A stretch of 64,000 nt of DNA. Source: Lytechinus pictus. Lineage: Eukaryota. Shown here piece by piece: positions 1 to 11,997 of the stretch. The notes beneath the pieces were generated by a model, which did no database searches, was not told where the DNA came from, and saw only the letters and a list, made by a program, of their open reading frames with translations. Every line of letters starts with the position of its first letter. Position 1 is the stretch's first letter. The translations under genes and the position numbers were made by a program. The stretch covers positions 12,092,001-12,156,000 of the forward strand of contig NC_087252.1 of assembly GCF_037042905.1 (NCBI RefSeq). The letters are read 5' to 3'.

Positions 1-834
1 GTGGGGGTGGGCACCCCCCAAAAAAATGATAAGCTGCCCCTCCCCCCCCCCCCAACAACAAAAAAATCAGATGAATAACCCAACCCCATCTTCCCCTGGT
101 CATTGGATCTGGGAACCTCCTCTCATGTTAAAACTACGCGCTATGACGAACTATATATAGTATGACAAATAGTCTCCATAAGGGTTTTTTTGCATGTAAT
201 GTGAGTGTGTGGGTGTGGGTTCTAGTGTGGGTGTGGTTGAATATGTAGAATAATTTGTTTTATTGTATTCGCCTAGCTGTGTATATATAAAAATTATGTC
301 TGCACTACAAAAGATCACCTCGCCTATGCCAGGTATGTTGGGCGTTACAAAAGAACCAACATTTCCCTATCATGAAAAGATGAATAATAAGCCCGACTAC
401 CATGACGACCCATACAGCCAGGCAGGGGGGGGGGGGTACCCCTGATTCAATTGGCCATATCTCTAATTTAAATATGAATTAGACTCTAATATTTTGTATA
501 CACATTGTACATGTGTCCATGTACCAGAAAACATTAAAAAAACAAAATCCAAAATTTCACCTATAATACCCATTTTCCCAGGATGGCCCACATATAATTC
601 TATTTTATATCGAATGTATTTTATTTCTTTAAAACTAAGCTCAAACGCGATAAATGTAGGGAAAAGCGAAATGTGGAAAGTAATAGTCCTATATTTTTTC
701 ACACCCTGTTCCCTTTCTTGCAATTATATTATTGTCAAAGTGATCGTTTCACTTCGTTCTAAGTTTAATTAATCTCTTTTTGGTTTTTGGAACTACAGTA
801 TTTTGAAAAGTTGTATCATGTATGAGGGTTTGTT

Positions 835-3800
835 TCATCGACAAAGTATGGCAAAGGGAGCGATTTTCTCATACCCTAATGGTGATCCTAGTTGCCAGGC
901 AACAAAGAGAGATGACGATCTCGTCTGGTTTCGGTGCATGATGAACCCAGATGGTGGATTCGGAATAAAATCTGTAAAACAAAAGAAATATGGTATAAAA
1001 ACAGGATAAGTTAGTAACGTGAAATATTAAATCAATACACATCAATACGTCTGTGCTAAGACCTTATTGATAGGATAAAGTGAATATTTCTTTTTTGAAA
1101 AAATGTATGATTTTTTCTTATGTTTTCTTTATTCATTTTAAAATGAAACATATCAAATTCACCTATTTTACAATATGGAGGAGCCATTAAAAGCCACATG
1201 TCTAAAAAAAATGTTTTCTTGATAAGACTCAAAACAGCATCAATTACATGTATGTAAAATTACACAAAGTACTTAGAATTATTTTCATTACATCACTTTA
1301 TTTGTTATTGATTGTTAGAAAAGAAAATGATAATAGTCAGCTTACACAAATAAAGGGAATTGAATACTGCACTTCCCGAGCCGTATTCTGATTCAGCGGT
1401 GCATTTATAAACAGAATGATATTGGGAGAGTGGGTTTTGTATCTCAAGTACGCTGGACCTTAGTGTTGCATCTTCAAATATAGTCTCAGGGAGTCTGTAG
1501 TTCCTGGAGCCGTCTGACACTACAGTTTCGTTGCAAAGCCAAACGAAAGTTATGACAGGAGGATTTGCGTCAGCTCTACATATCAACGCGAGCACAGTAG
1601 TCCCACTTGCTTTGTTCGATGTAAGATGGCGAGCAGTAATTGACACAACGGGATGATCTACATCACACAGACAAAATGCAAATTTGCTAGAAATGAGTAG
1701 GAAATGAGAAATACATAAGGATCATGTGGATAGGACGGAAATAGATAATCAAAATCAAATTTATTTAGACAGAAACAAAAACAGACAACAAAACATTGTA
1801 TAACTACTTTCTAAACAGAAGATGGAAGTGTCATTATGGATATGATTGGTCTTATTGCGATGTTTATAGTCTGTGAATGTAAAAGGAAATCCAAAAGGCT
1901 CAAGTTTTCTTTAAAATATTCAAAACATCTACTAATCAAGCGAGCAAGCCAAGCCGAAAACAAATCTTTAAATAGTCAACGTGTGAATGAGGTAAACATG
2001 TAGACAACCAATATGCAATTCAACAAGGCCCCCATCTTTCCAACCAGCCAAGAAGTGTTATCAAATGCATTTCCGAAATCAGTACTTACACGTTATGTTC
2101 AGAACCAAGCTTTGATTCACAGATCGAGCTGGGAGTGTTGTAGGTTGAACTGCCTCACAGAGAAGACGTTTCCCATGGTCAAACCTCGTCGGTATTAGAG
2201 TCAAAGTGCTTTCAATGTCATATCGACCAGCATTATTTTCACTTATGTTTAAAGATGAATCCTCTGTAAGATTTCTTGATCCGATGAACCAATGGATATG
2301 CGGTGCGGGGTATCCATTAACAGCTTTACAGGTTACATTGATTTCTTTGCCATCGTAAAGATCCACAGGAGAGCTCATAATGATGCCTTCTTGTGAGCCT
2401 TTGGACGAAACGTAAAATCGATATACATAGTTCAGTGCTTTAAAATTAGGAAATAAATGTTAGTTCAAATTGAACCCATAAAAGTATTTTGTAATTTGTG
2501 AAAGAGAGTGGAAACACTTCTTGGAAACATTTTTTTAGATTAAGTGAAACTCAATAAAGCCATGACGACGTGCCCCTTCTCAGCTTGGAATAGCGTAAGA
2601 AAAAAAAACAATACACAACTATTTAGTATATACTTTATCATGTAAAGGATGACGTCCAGCAGATTACATCTAATAAGGCATTAGATTGAACAACATTTGT
2701 ATAAATAAAATTCTCCTTTCAAAAATTATCAACAGAAACAGACGACGAAGAACTCACCGTAAACTATCAACTTGGCAAACACTAATTCGGCTAAGACCCC
2801 ATCAAGTGTTGCGTAGCATTGAATGAACTTCCCATGATGCTCAATATTTAGGTGTAGGATTATAGTACCCTCGGTGTCAAACAAAGCATCGTCTAAAACA
2901 CTCCTTTTACTTGAGATATTTGCGCGAATAAGGACATTGTCAGCTTGACCAGTGCCACCTAATAACTTAAATGATAGTTTGGTTGCTGGAAATGACCCAA
3001 TACTTTTACAAGTGATTGAAGTCGTTGAATCTTCTTGAACGTTTATGACTTTTGATTGAGATTGGTTACCTCCAGTTTGAAAAATCAGTACATCCCTCGG
3101 GAGAACTTCAATTAAAGGAGAAAGAGACATATTGAGAGAGTGGGTGAGATGGAGAGCTAAACTGACGGGGTGATTATGGATGGTATTTCATTAACACTTG
3201 GATAAATGATATTGAGGAGAGATACATTTATGCTCTAAGTATACAGGACATATTTGTCTATATATGTAGACTTAAAGGTAAATGCTGAGATAATGCAAAA
3301 CAATCTGCAACGTATAAACATTGCTTAAACATTTGGTTATATTTAATAATAAGGTGGAGGCAATAAAAGGCTCTCAAAAGGCTAAGAATGTCATCTACAA
3401 ACACAAAATAACCACTATGGCATACACACCATGAACATTGATCTGAACTGAGCACCGAGGTTCAAACTGCAGTTCTGGATGTGACGCAATGCAGCTGAGA
3501 ATCTTTCCGTGGTCGTTCCTTGAGGGTGTGATTGTCACAACTTTTTGAGAGATGTAAGATCCGTCTTCAATAACATCAACCTGATCATGTAGATCTATCA
3601 CTGTATCATTGGGTATTCGCCATTCAAGTACTGCAGGGGGCCTTGCCCCATGTGCTTCACATGTAATATCACTTGTCTTCCCAGCAGTTAAAGAGAGGTT
3701 GTTAAAACAATAGTGTTGGATTCCCCTTCCATCCGTGATTGAAATTATGCTGGGTGGAGCTGATGATATAATAAAATAATTAGTGTAAATAGTCAATCAC

Positions 3801-4118
3801 ATTTTTCCAATTCATGTACTACATAATAATATATTCGTGAAGGAATTAGTTATGAATGTTAAAAGTCTGAAAATATTCGATGTCCTAGCTTTGAAGTAAT
3901 TGGTTTTAATATCCCTCTAACAAAGTAAAGATTTTGGTGGGTAAAAGTCATAGGTCCATATACAGCAGATGGTCGGTATTTGTTTACTACAAGCAAGGAG
4001 CTTCAAACAATCTACTTTATTGAACAAAAATACACAAAACATTGTACTTACAGCTTTTTGACATGATAATTTCAAGGCAAAGAGCAAGTACTACTTGCAA
4101 TAAAATGGACGCCATCAT
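835..4118 (-). CDS. G1: IgSF gene L-C2-C2-C2-Ig-FN3(truncated), lacks V exon; about 500 aa, no TM seen
   Basis: Exons with GT-AG phase-1 junctions: L 4052-4118 (MMASILLQVVLALCLEIIMSKS), A 3430-3759, B 2758-3105, C 2090-2398, D 1346-1657, FN3-start 835-971 (IPNPPSGF..QTRSSSLFVAWQLG..stop). Ig Cys/Trp motifs (C.A.GARPPAVLEW; DHGK.L.C) present. Confidence 0.8.
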
Positions 4119-4263
4119 TTAGTGATTATAAGCAATGCGACGACGTTCTATTTGTTTCAGCCCAGAGTAGATTCACACACTATGAGAACACAAAATTTCA
4201 AGAGATAAAACGCTTAGGACAATTAGCAATGACACTTCCTTATATTCCCTCTTTCTTGCACGT

Positions 4264-4275
4264 ATTCGGTTTCGC
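4264..4275 (-). promoter_or_regulatory. ISRE/IRF-like element upstream of G1
   Basis: GCGAAACCGAAT on minus strand, about 146 bp upstream of ATG; identical 12-mer upstream of G7. Confidence 0.45.
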
Positions 4276-4798
4276 ATACTTAAACTCCAATGAACATTAC
4301 AAGTAAAATGCTAAAAGCTTTAGATGGAAAGGGGGCGCTCTTTCGTCAGTAGGTATGCCGCGGTTATCTTAGCATGATTGTGTCAGAACATTATCCAGAT
4401 TATCTTACCCCCTCGTAGTTGTTTTTTCTTATATGACTGTTGTAATCGATTTAAAGTATCATTTTAATTAAGAGGAAGGAGAAGAAGAAAACAAATATTT
4501 GTGTTTTAAGCTACTTTCAAACACAGTATAAAACATGGAAAAAATTATATTTCGTCTAAGACAAATCTGTAACGTTTCAAAAAGCACGGGGAAGTGATCA
4601 TATTGGTTACAGTAGATATTGAATGAGTGATTAATTTGGTATTTGTTTTAAATTCGAGCAATTTATTACAAGATCAGTTCAATTCCCCTTTAAAGGGAGA
4701 TGCTGAACAAGAAAAATTGAGCAGAATTAACATACATACAGCCTCACACTCACACTCATAAATATATCCAATAATATCCAATAAAGTCAATTTAGTTA

Positions 4799-4925
4799 AA
4801 TTCAATTTATTTATTCAACCATCATCAGGTACAAACAATTACATAAATGCATACAAATATAACAATTGAATGAAGGTTTCGTGACCCCGGAAAAAGCGGA
4901 GCTTATAAAAAGGGGCCACCGAGTT
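4799..4925 (-). mobile_element. Related retroelement 3'-end fragment
   Basis: aattcaatttatttattc...gaaaaagcggagcttat, resembling the 10820/16160 fragments. Confidence 0.35.
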
Positions 4926-5255
4926 AAAATGTACACTGAAAATATACAATAAATAATGATAATTACACTAAGTACCCCGATGCAAAAGCCGCGGGAAAAA
5001 AATCAATCCGGGGAAACAGTTATCTAGTCGTTGGTAGACATTATGATTTATTATAACAAATATTTATTGTAATACACATGTAACATTTTTAATGCATAGG
5101 TAAAGCTTTTGCTTTTCCGTCACGGAAGTAAAATATCGAAATACAATAAAAATGTGAATATAGTTTCGGGCCTTTTATGCACACATTCATGCATTATACA
5201 TATAATACGTTTATTCATCTGATTCCCTGCATTCTTAGAAGTTTTTTTGTTCGAT

Positions 5256-8200
5256 TCAGTTTGAGCAATATTTCCGTAATCCGATTGTATATCCTGGTTG
5301 CCAGGCAACGACAATAGATGAATATCTTGTCTGGTTTTGATCAACGATGAGCCAGGCAGGTGGATCTGGGATAACTATGTGAAAAGGCGTACACAAAAAA
5401 CAATCAAATGATAGAGTAACAGTTTAATATCACAAAAATTATTATTTTCTTTAACCATAATTCATTATGTTTTTTATTTACTATTTTCATTAAATGTGAG
5501 GAAATATCACCCATTGGTGACAGCCTGTATGTATTTTAAACCAACTTATATAGTTCTTATAATCATTCAATCATTAATACTTTAGAAAACAAAATATCCA
5601 AAATCAAAATACAATCACGGTTCAACTTACGAAATAACGAGGAATTGAAAACTGCTGATCCTAACCCATATCTGGATATAGCAGTGCAACTGTAAATAGA
5701 TGGATGTTCAGAGGGTCGGCTTCGAATCATCAGGTCACTAGTAGTTACGGTCTCTCTTTCTGTTTGTTCTGGGTTATTCTCGTGGAGTTTCATGTTACTG
5801 GTGTCATTGAAAACAATAGCTTCATCACTGAACCATTCAAAGACAACGGCAGATGGATTGGAATCTGCTCTACATGTCAGCACGAATTCCATAGCCATAC
5901 TTGCTGTATTTGACTTCAGTGAAGTAAGACGTCGAGCACTAATGGAGACCATGGGCGAGTCTAGAAAGAGAAGGGAAAACCTTATGAACAGTCAGGACAC
6001 TAGATGATAACGACAGAATGGTTTATGCAGGAAAAAGCAGGAAAAAACATTTTAAAGAAAAGATGATATCCCAAAAGAGTCGACTTTAGAGGCTTTACGA
6101 TCGGTACTTTACCCTTTTAGACAAAGAGGTTAAACGATCAAGAAATCAACATCATGAACATCTCTACTCTTAGCACTACTATTTATTTATGAATATAAAT
6201 ATCACCAATTTTATGTTCAGAAGTCTCTGTAGGGATTCCGTTAAATTCCTAAAGGACCATGATCCTACCTTTACCAAAAATTTGAAATGAGTTAGTTCTT
6301 ACATGATATGTACAAGATGAGGCTTTCGTTTATTGACATGCTTGAAATTGCCGTAGTTTGAACTGCCTGGCAAAGAAGACGCTTCCCATGATCATGCCAA
6401 TTTGGAACTAATATCAGAATGCTTTCAGCATCGTATCGGTCAACAGCATTGACTGTATTCTGAAGAGATGAGTCTTTCGTGATGTTTCTCGATCCAATGT
6501 ACCAATGAATTAATGGAGCAGGGTATCCGTTTAGTGCCCTGCAGGTTACGTTGGTTTCTATTCCGTCCTCCAGCGTAGCATCTCCAAGGAAAGCAATTTG
6601 TATACTGTCAGGTGTACCTTTATAATGGAAATGGAAATCCAAATAAAATAAATACCTTTTCGAAAATTGTCCATGCACGGTAAAATACCCGTTAGTGTTC
6701 CTAAAACATGGTGCCGATTTACTCCACAGATCTAACTGGTGTACCTTTACCACCAAAGTACTTTGATGCAGCCTTCGACGACTTGAAATCTGTTAGGGAG
6801 ATTTATTTGGATCATCTGATAACTGGAATTTGTACAGCAAACACATAACGTAAATATAATAGAAAAAAAATATTTACTTATCAAACGTGATGTAATATTA
6901 ACCGGTACACGTTATTTCACCCAAAACATCTATAGAGTTCAGAAAATAATTGTATTTTGGTAAAGAGAACGATGTATCGACGATGTTTTATGATTAAATA
7001 TATCCCACCTTTAAACGATAAATCTTATATGATTTAGCCTTTAACCAGGACTTTGGCAAACCTCCGTTTCGAATAGCTTCCTAAGCTTGCAAAGCATTGG
7101 ATGAATTTTCCGTGGTGCTTTCTCTCTGGAATAAATGCGATGATACTTTTAGTGTCGAACAAAGTGTTGTCTAACGCATTATTTTGTTTTTGAAGACTAA
7201 TATTATCTCGAAGAATGGTAGAACTACCAAGTTTCCATAAAAATTCAACTGCTGGGAATGATCCAATGCATTTGCAGGTTATTGACGAGGGAAAATCCTC
7301 TTGAACGTAAATGGCTGCTTGTCCAAAATCGTTGTCCTTGTCAATTCCACTTTGAAAGAGGGTCATGCTCGACGGTAGAACTTTGAAAATTGAAAGGAAA
7401 GGGAAAGAGAATAGTTAGACGTTAATCCTGTGACATTTTTTAAATGATTTAGCTTTTTTTCTTGTATTAACACATCAATTAATGAAGAATAGATAAAAGT
7501 GACAAATTTCTGCAATATTGGCTAAACATAATTATGAATTTATTATTTTCTACATTGATTGATCTTAGGATTGACAGCCTGCATAAAGAATAGACCCAAG
7601 TCCCTAGACCATGTAGACTGGACTCTTGAGATGAACTGAACGGTACCAAAATGACCTTTTAGCATTAAGATAACTATACTTCGCTAGGCTGATCTATAGT
7701 GTAGACATACCATGAACACTCAGGTACACTGAACTTTGCAAGTTGGTGACTAGTTTGGGATGTGATGCTTCACAGCGCAGAACCTTTCCTTGGTCATTCG
7801 TAGAGGGTGTGATGGCAGCTGTTTTCCTTGACACATACTTGTTCCCTTGAATTGTATCAGACTGACCGTGGACATAAAAGATCACATCATCTGGTATAAG
7901 CCAAGTCAGTACTGCGGGAGGTCTTGCCTGGTAAGTATTGCATGTAATGTTATACGGTTCTCCAGAAGTTACTATTATAGTTGCGGAGTTCGAAATCGGG
8001 CTGCCTGATTGTGCATTTTCAATGGAGACCTGCGACGGCGGAGCTATGGGTGTAGAAGAAGAAATTTATAAAACAATTTTAGAGACTGGGTGCAACAGTT
8101 CCTGCTCACACAGACTTTTCATTCATTTAGGAATAATTTCCAATATTCATACCATTTTTCATCGAAGAAACCTCAATTCAAATAAAAATCTACCGGCAAA

Positions 8201-9621
8201 TACAAAGCTTTTTAATTAGATTAAATGGAAGATGGGGTAGCAATAGTCCGATAATTACATGTTTCGGCGGGGAAGGGGGTCCATTCTCAATGACGGATAT
8301 GTGTTTTACCCTTGGTCTTTGACGCATTCACTCAGGCAATGCGCTCGGGCCTGGCCTTAGAAGAGTAGTCATTGGTATTGGCTGCGGACTCGCAAACCAT
8401 GTCCTTGGTCCCAGACGGTCCGACCTTGTTTTTGGCCCCTGCTTACCTGGCCTTACCAACATCACTGGTATAATGATAATTAATAGCCGATGATACACAT
8501 TTACTTATTTAAATGGCTCTTAGCATTTAGTTTTTTAGACGTCTAATAAAAATGGAACATAATCATCCCCGGTGTACGTGTAGCAGCTATTACTCGCTTC
8601 GGCGTTTCAAGGAATAATTCTGACATCGTCAGTTTCGTTTGATCCAGGCAATTTAATTTATTATTTTTGTCTTGGTCAAAATGAAATGTAATTTTATAAA
8701 CCTAAGGGCTGAAATATTGTGAAAGAATAAGACATTATACGTTCTTGGATTTATTGTACCAGGCCTTTATCTTTTAACAAAATTGAACGTTCTTTTCTTG
8801 ACGTTGTCTTTCACATTTGATTTTGTTTTTCCAAACAGCCTGATACAATTTGAATAGAATGTCGCCCATGCCGTCCAATTTTTCACTTTCTTACCTGGAT
8901 TTAGTACTTGTATTGTCTCATCAGCCGACCATAATCCACTTTTGTTTAGAAAATCGCATGTGTATCTCCCATTGTCAACAGCCGTCAAATTGATTATTGT
9001 AAGCGATGTGCTGCGGTCATCTCCCATTAACTTGTACTTTGTTGGATTGGGAATTGTAGTTGTACAGCTACTCGTAGAAGTGCACGATTCAGAAGCAACC
9101 TGGATGTCATCGTGTCTCCACTGTACTGAGCGAGGATATGAAGAAGGTGAATAGCTGCATTCAATTGTAAAATCTTCTCCGATGACTGGTAGGGTCTGTT
9201 GTTGAAAAGAAATCGTAGTTGCAGATGGGAAGTCTGCAAAATAAATTAAAATAATTGTTTTTCTTCATAATAATGTAAATTCTACATTTAATGTTGAAAT
9301 CAAGATGTATCATCATTTCGAAATGAGAATCCGTTTATAGCCTTTTTTATGTGTATTTGGTGGCAAAAATATATATCTGAATCAGCTGCTTTAGAACATG
9401 CGGAATGCGTTCCCACTACCCTTTTTAAAAAAACGGGGCAATCATCAGTACGTTTATGGAGTAAAACTTAATGCATTCCGTATTTCTTCTCAATACTTAT
9501 TTTTGCATTTTTTTCGAAATTCTTGACAGAAAATGATGTTTTGGAACTTTATGAACAGGATATGCAACATACCTTTTCCGCACAAGAGAATGATGAAGCA
9601 GAACTGCCAATAAGATGCCAT
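5256..9621 (-). CDS. G2: IgSF gene L-V-C2-C2-C2-Ig-FN3(truncated), Sidestep/nephrin-like ectodomain; about 608 aa
   Basis: L 9573-9621 (MASYWQFCFIILLCGK), V 8895-9233 (..C SYSPSSYPRSVQW..SLTIINLTAVDNGRYTC..), A 7711-8043, B 7039-7380 (donor is GC: AAAG/gctaaa), C 6303-6617, D 5631-5960, FN3-start 5256-5374 (IPDPPAWLIVDQNQTRYSSIVVAWQPGY..stop). Confidence 0.8.
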
Positions 9622-9783
9622 TTCCAGATACGGTGATGGAATGCTCACATCCTTACGGTCATATAAAATCGCTTAGCATTCGCAGTGTAATAGAAGAAAT
9701 ACATGCATACTCCCAAGTTGTTTGAAACTGCATTGAACAAATTACACTATTGGCTATGAGGTCGTACACTTAAGTTCAGCCAC

Positions 9784-9796
9784 GAAAATCGAAAGT
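9784..9796 (+). promoter_or_regulatory. IRF-like element upstream of G2
   Basis: GAAAATCGAAAGT, about 163 bp upstream of ATG (same motif at 15160-15172 for G3). Confidence 0.45.
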
Positions 9797-10819
9797 AATC
9801 ATGCTATACTCTACTTAGTTTCCATTTGTTAACATTTATTGTGTAATCTATATGGCTATCGGCTTGTCCACATCTAACCAACAGAGTGTGCAATTTAGTT
9901 TGCCCAAGGTTGAAAGTGAGACAAGAGGAGAGGAATCTTTAGTACTTTTCCGAATACATTAATTAATGCATAATTTACTCAGTTAATTGAGCTTTCCTTG
10001 AAGATAACAAACGGGTAGCGGATTCTACTCATTTCCTTAAAAGGTAATGTGCGATCACTGTTATTATTAAGTTATTGACACTACTTTCTTTCTCCAAATT
10101 AGTTCAAAATTGAAATTGGTTGTTGATATCGATAATTGACTGAATAATCACACTTCTATCTAAACTGTTTTAACTTGCTAGTTTGAATTATAGAATTTAC
10201 TATTTACTCTTTTACACTTACCTCTTAAAAGTAGAAAGGAAACCACACAACAGACAGGAAGATCTGAAAAATCTCAATTTATTGCTGTCACTCAATGGAT
10301 TCTCGTCGAACGCTTTAACAGTTCTATTTTTTTTTTACCAAAACGTTACAATTTATATGCCCTATACCGTGTTTCCAATCTTTTCAGTATCTTGAAATTT
10401 TGTTTTTTGTCAACATTAGAATAAATTGGTTATGGGTAAGACATTAAATATTTTTAAAACCTTAATATTATATTTGTTTGTATAAACACGTCCTCACTCA
10501 CTACAGTATCTTATTAATTAATGATGAAACAGGTTTGATTTTAATATCATGTTTGTTTTTATTTTTGGCTACTTTATCAATCAAGCAATGTGAGAATTCC
10601 GCAGCTTGATATCACATCACATACACATAGCTTAGGCCGCTGTTGAAATATAGAGACTCAATTGTATTGTGAACAGTGATGTTCTGATCCTAGATACAGT
10701 GCTGGCATTTAATATTTTAAGTTTCATAAGGTGCATAAGGTTCCTTGCATAGATAGTTAATAACAATCACTAAGTATCATGGGTTCTATTAAGTTGTGGC
10801 TGCAATGCTAGGGGTAATT

Positions 10820-11160
10820 ATTCAATTTCAATTTAATTCAATTCCTTTATTTTATCATTCAATCTTTTTTACATTTAGAATGATAGCTCAATATACATTT
10901 TTACAAAATATAACATTTAAACTATTTTTTATAATACAATAATACCATGAAATCGAAAGGGAATGAGACCAACTAAAAAGCAGAGCTTGTAGGATGAAGG
11001 CTCCCTTTTATAAGTACATTTTATGAAAAAAAAAATAAGATAAAATAAAGAAGAAAAAAAAACAATATATACATTATATATAAACAATATGTATATTATA
11101 CATAAACAATATGTATATTATAAATTATATATAAACAATATATATATATATATATTATAT
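10820..11160 (-). mobile_element. LINE/SINE 3'-end fragment with (TTGAA)n-like tail and TA-rich repeat
   Basis: ttcaatttcaatttaattcaattc tail plus aaaaagcagagcttgt motif; absent from homologous intergenic blocks at about 23120, 28500, 43730. Confidence 0.5.
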
Positions 11161-11690
11161 ATTAAGAAAAGGTCCCATGTTTGAGAGGGGGAAAACTGGT
11201 AAAGGTTTTATCAGCATGGTCAGTTTCTGTTTCAATAGAAGATAATTACTTTAATTAGCAGTGTTAAGAACAGTTATACAACCTAATCCACTAAATAATT
11301 AATATAGTAATACATAAATAATTCAACATTTTGTTAAATGTTGTCTACAAAGGTAAAATAAAGAAAGTAACCTTTCCAATATAAATTTATTTTACGCAAC
11401 GCCTATGTCAATTGTCTGACCCACCACCTAAAGGTATCTCTTATTATCCTGATCAAGATAATTAGTAATGAATAATATGTTTTTTTTCAGTCATGAAGTC
11501 AAAATTTAGAGACTACGAAATAATAAATAAATAAAAAGGTAAAAATATGCATTTTGAATTTTTCGAAAAACTTTCACCCTTCATCATTATAAGAGCAAGG
11601 TAGCCTGTATAAACGAGGGTTTTGCGTGTGTTGGGTTTCCTTTTTGGTGTTTTTTTAAAGATTTTTTTCCATTTTCATATTGATTAAGTG

Positions 11691-11885
11691 CATAGCAGTA
11701 CGCAGCGACACCCCCCCCCCCCTCACGGAATTTTCAAAAGTGACACGTTTTTACTGACTCCAATTTTCACAATATTTACCAAAAGTGTGCGCGAAATGCA
11801 AAAAAAAAAAAGGCCCCATGACCAGCTTGGTCGCTTTGCTCGCTCACTGACGACCTTCTTTGAACAAAATATGCGTATGGCCATG
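11691..11885. mobile_element. hAT-like MITE (degenerate CATGGCCGTACGCAG TIR) downstream of G3
   Basis: catagcagtacgcag ... tgcgtatggccatg; imperfect 8-bp TSD attaagtg/ataaagcg. Confidence 0.55.
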
Positions 11886-11997
11886 ATAAAGCGTGTTTAA
11901 ACATAGCGATGGGGCATTGTTGATTTGAACTGTTGTCGTCCATCCACATTTCGTTGACGATTTGTTATTATTACAATTTATGAATAGTCCACCAAAT

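Noticed and set aside
263..772. Short ORFs as TM exon of G1
   Set aside because: No convincing TM helix with proper splice sites on the minus strand.
9027..9239. Apparent frameshift splitting V2/V3 into two ORFs in the ORF track
   Set aside because: Reading from the real acceptor (9233, 14611) in phase 1 gives an uninterrupted 113-codon V exon; the upstream ORF is in another frame.
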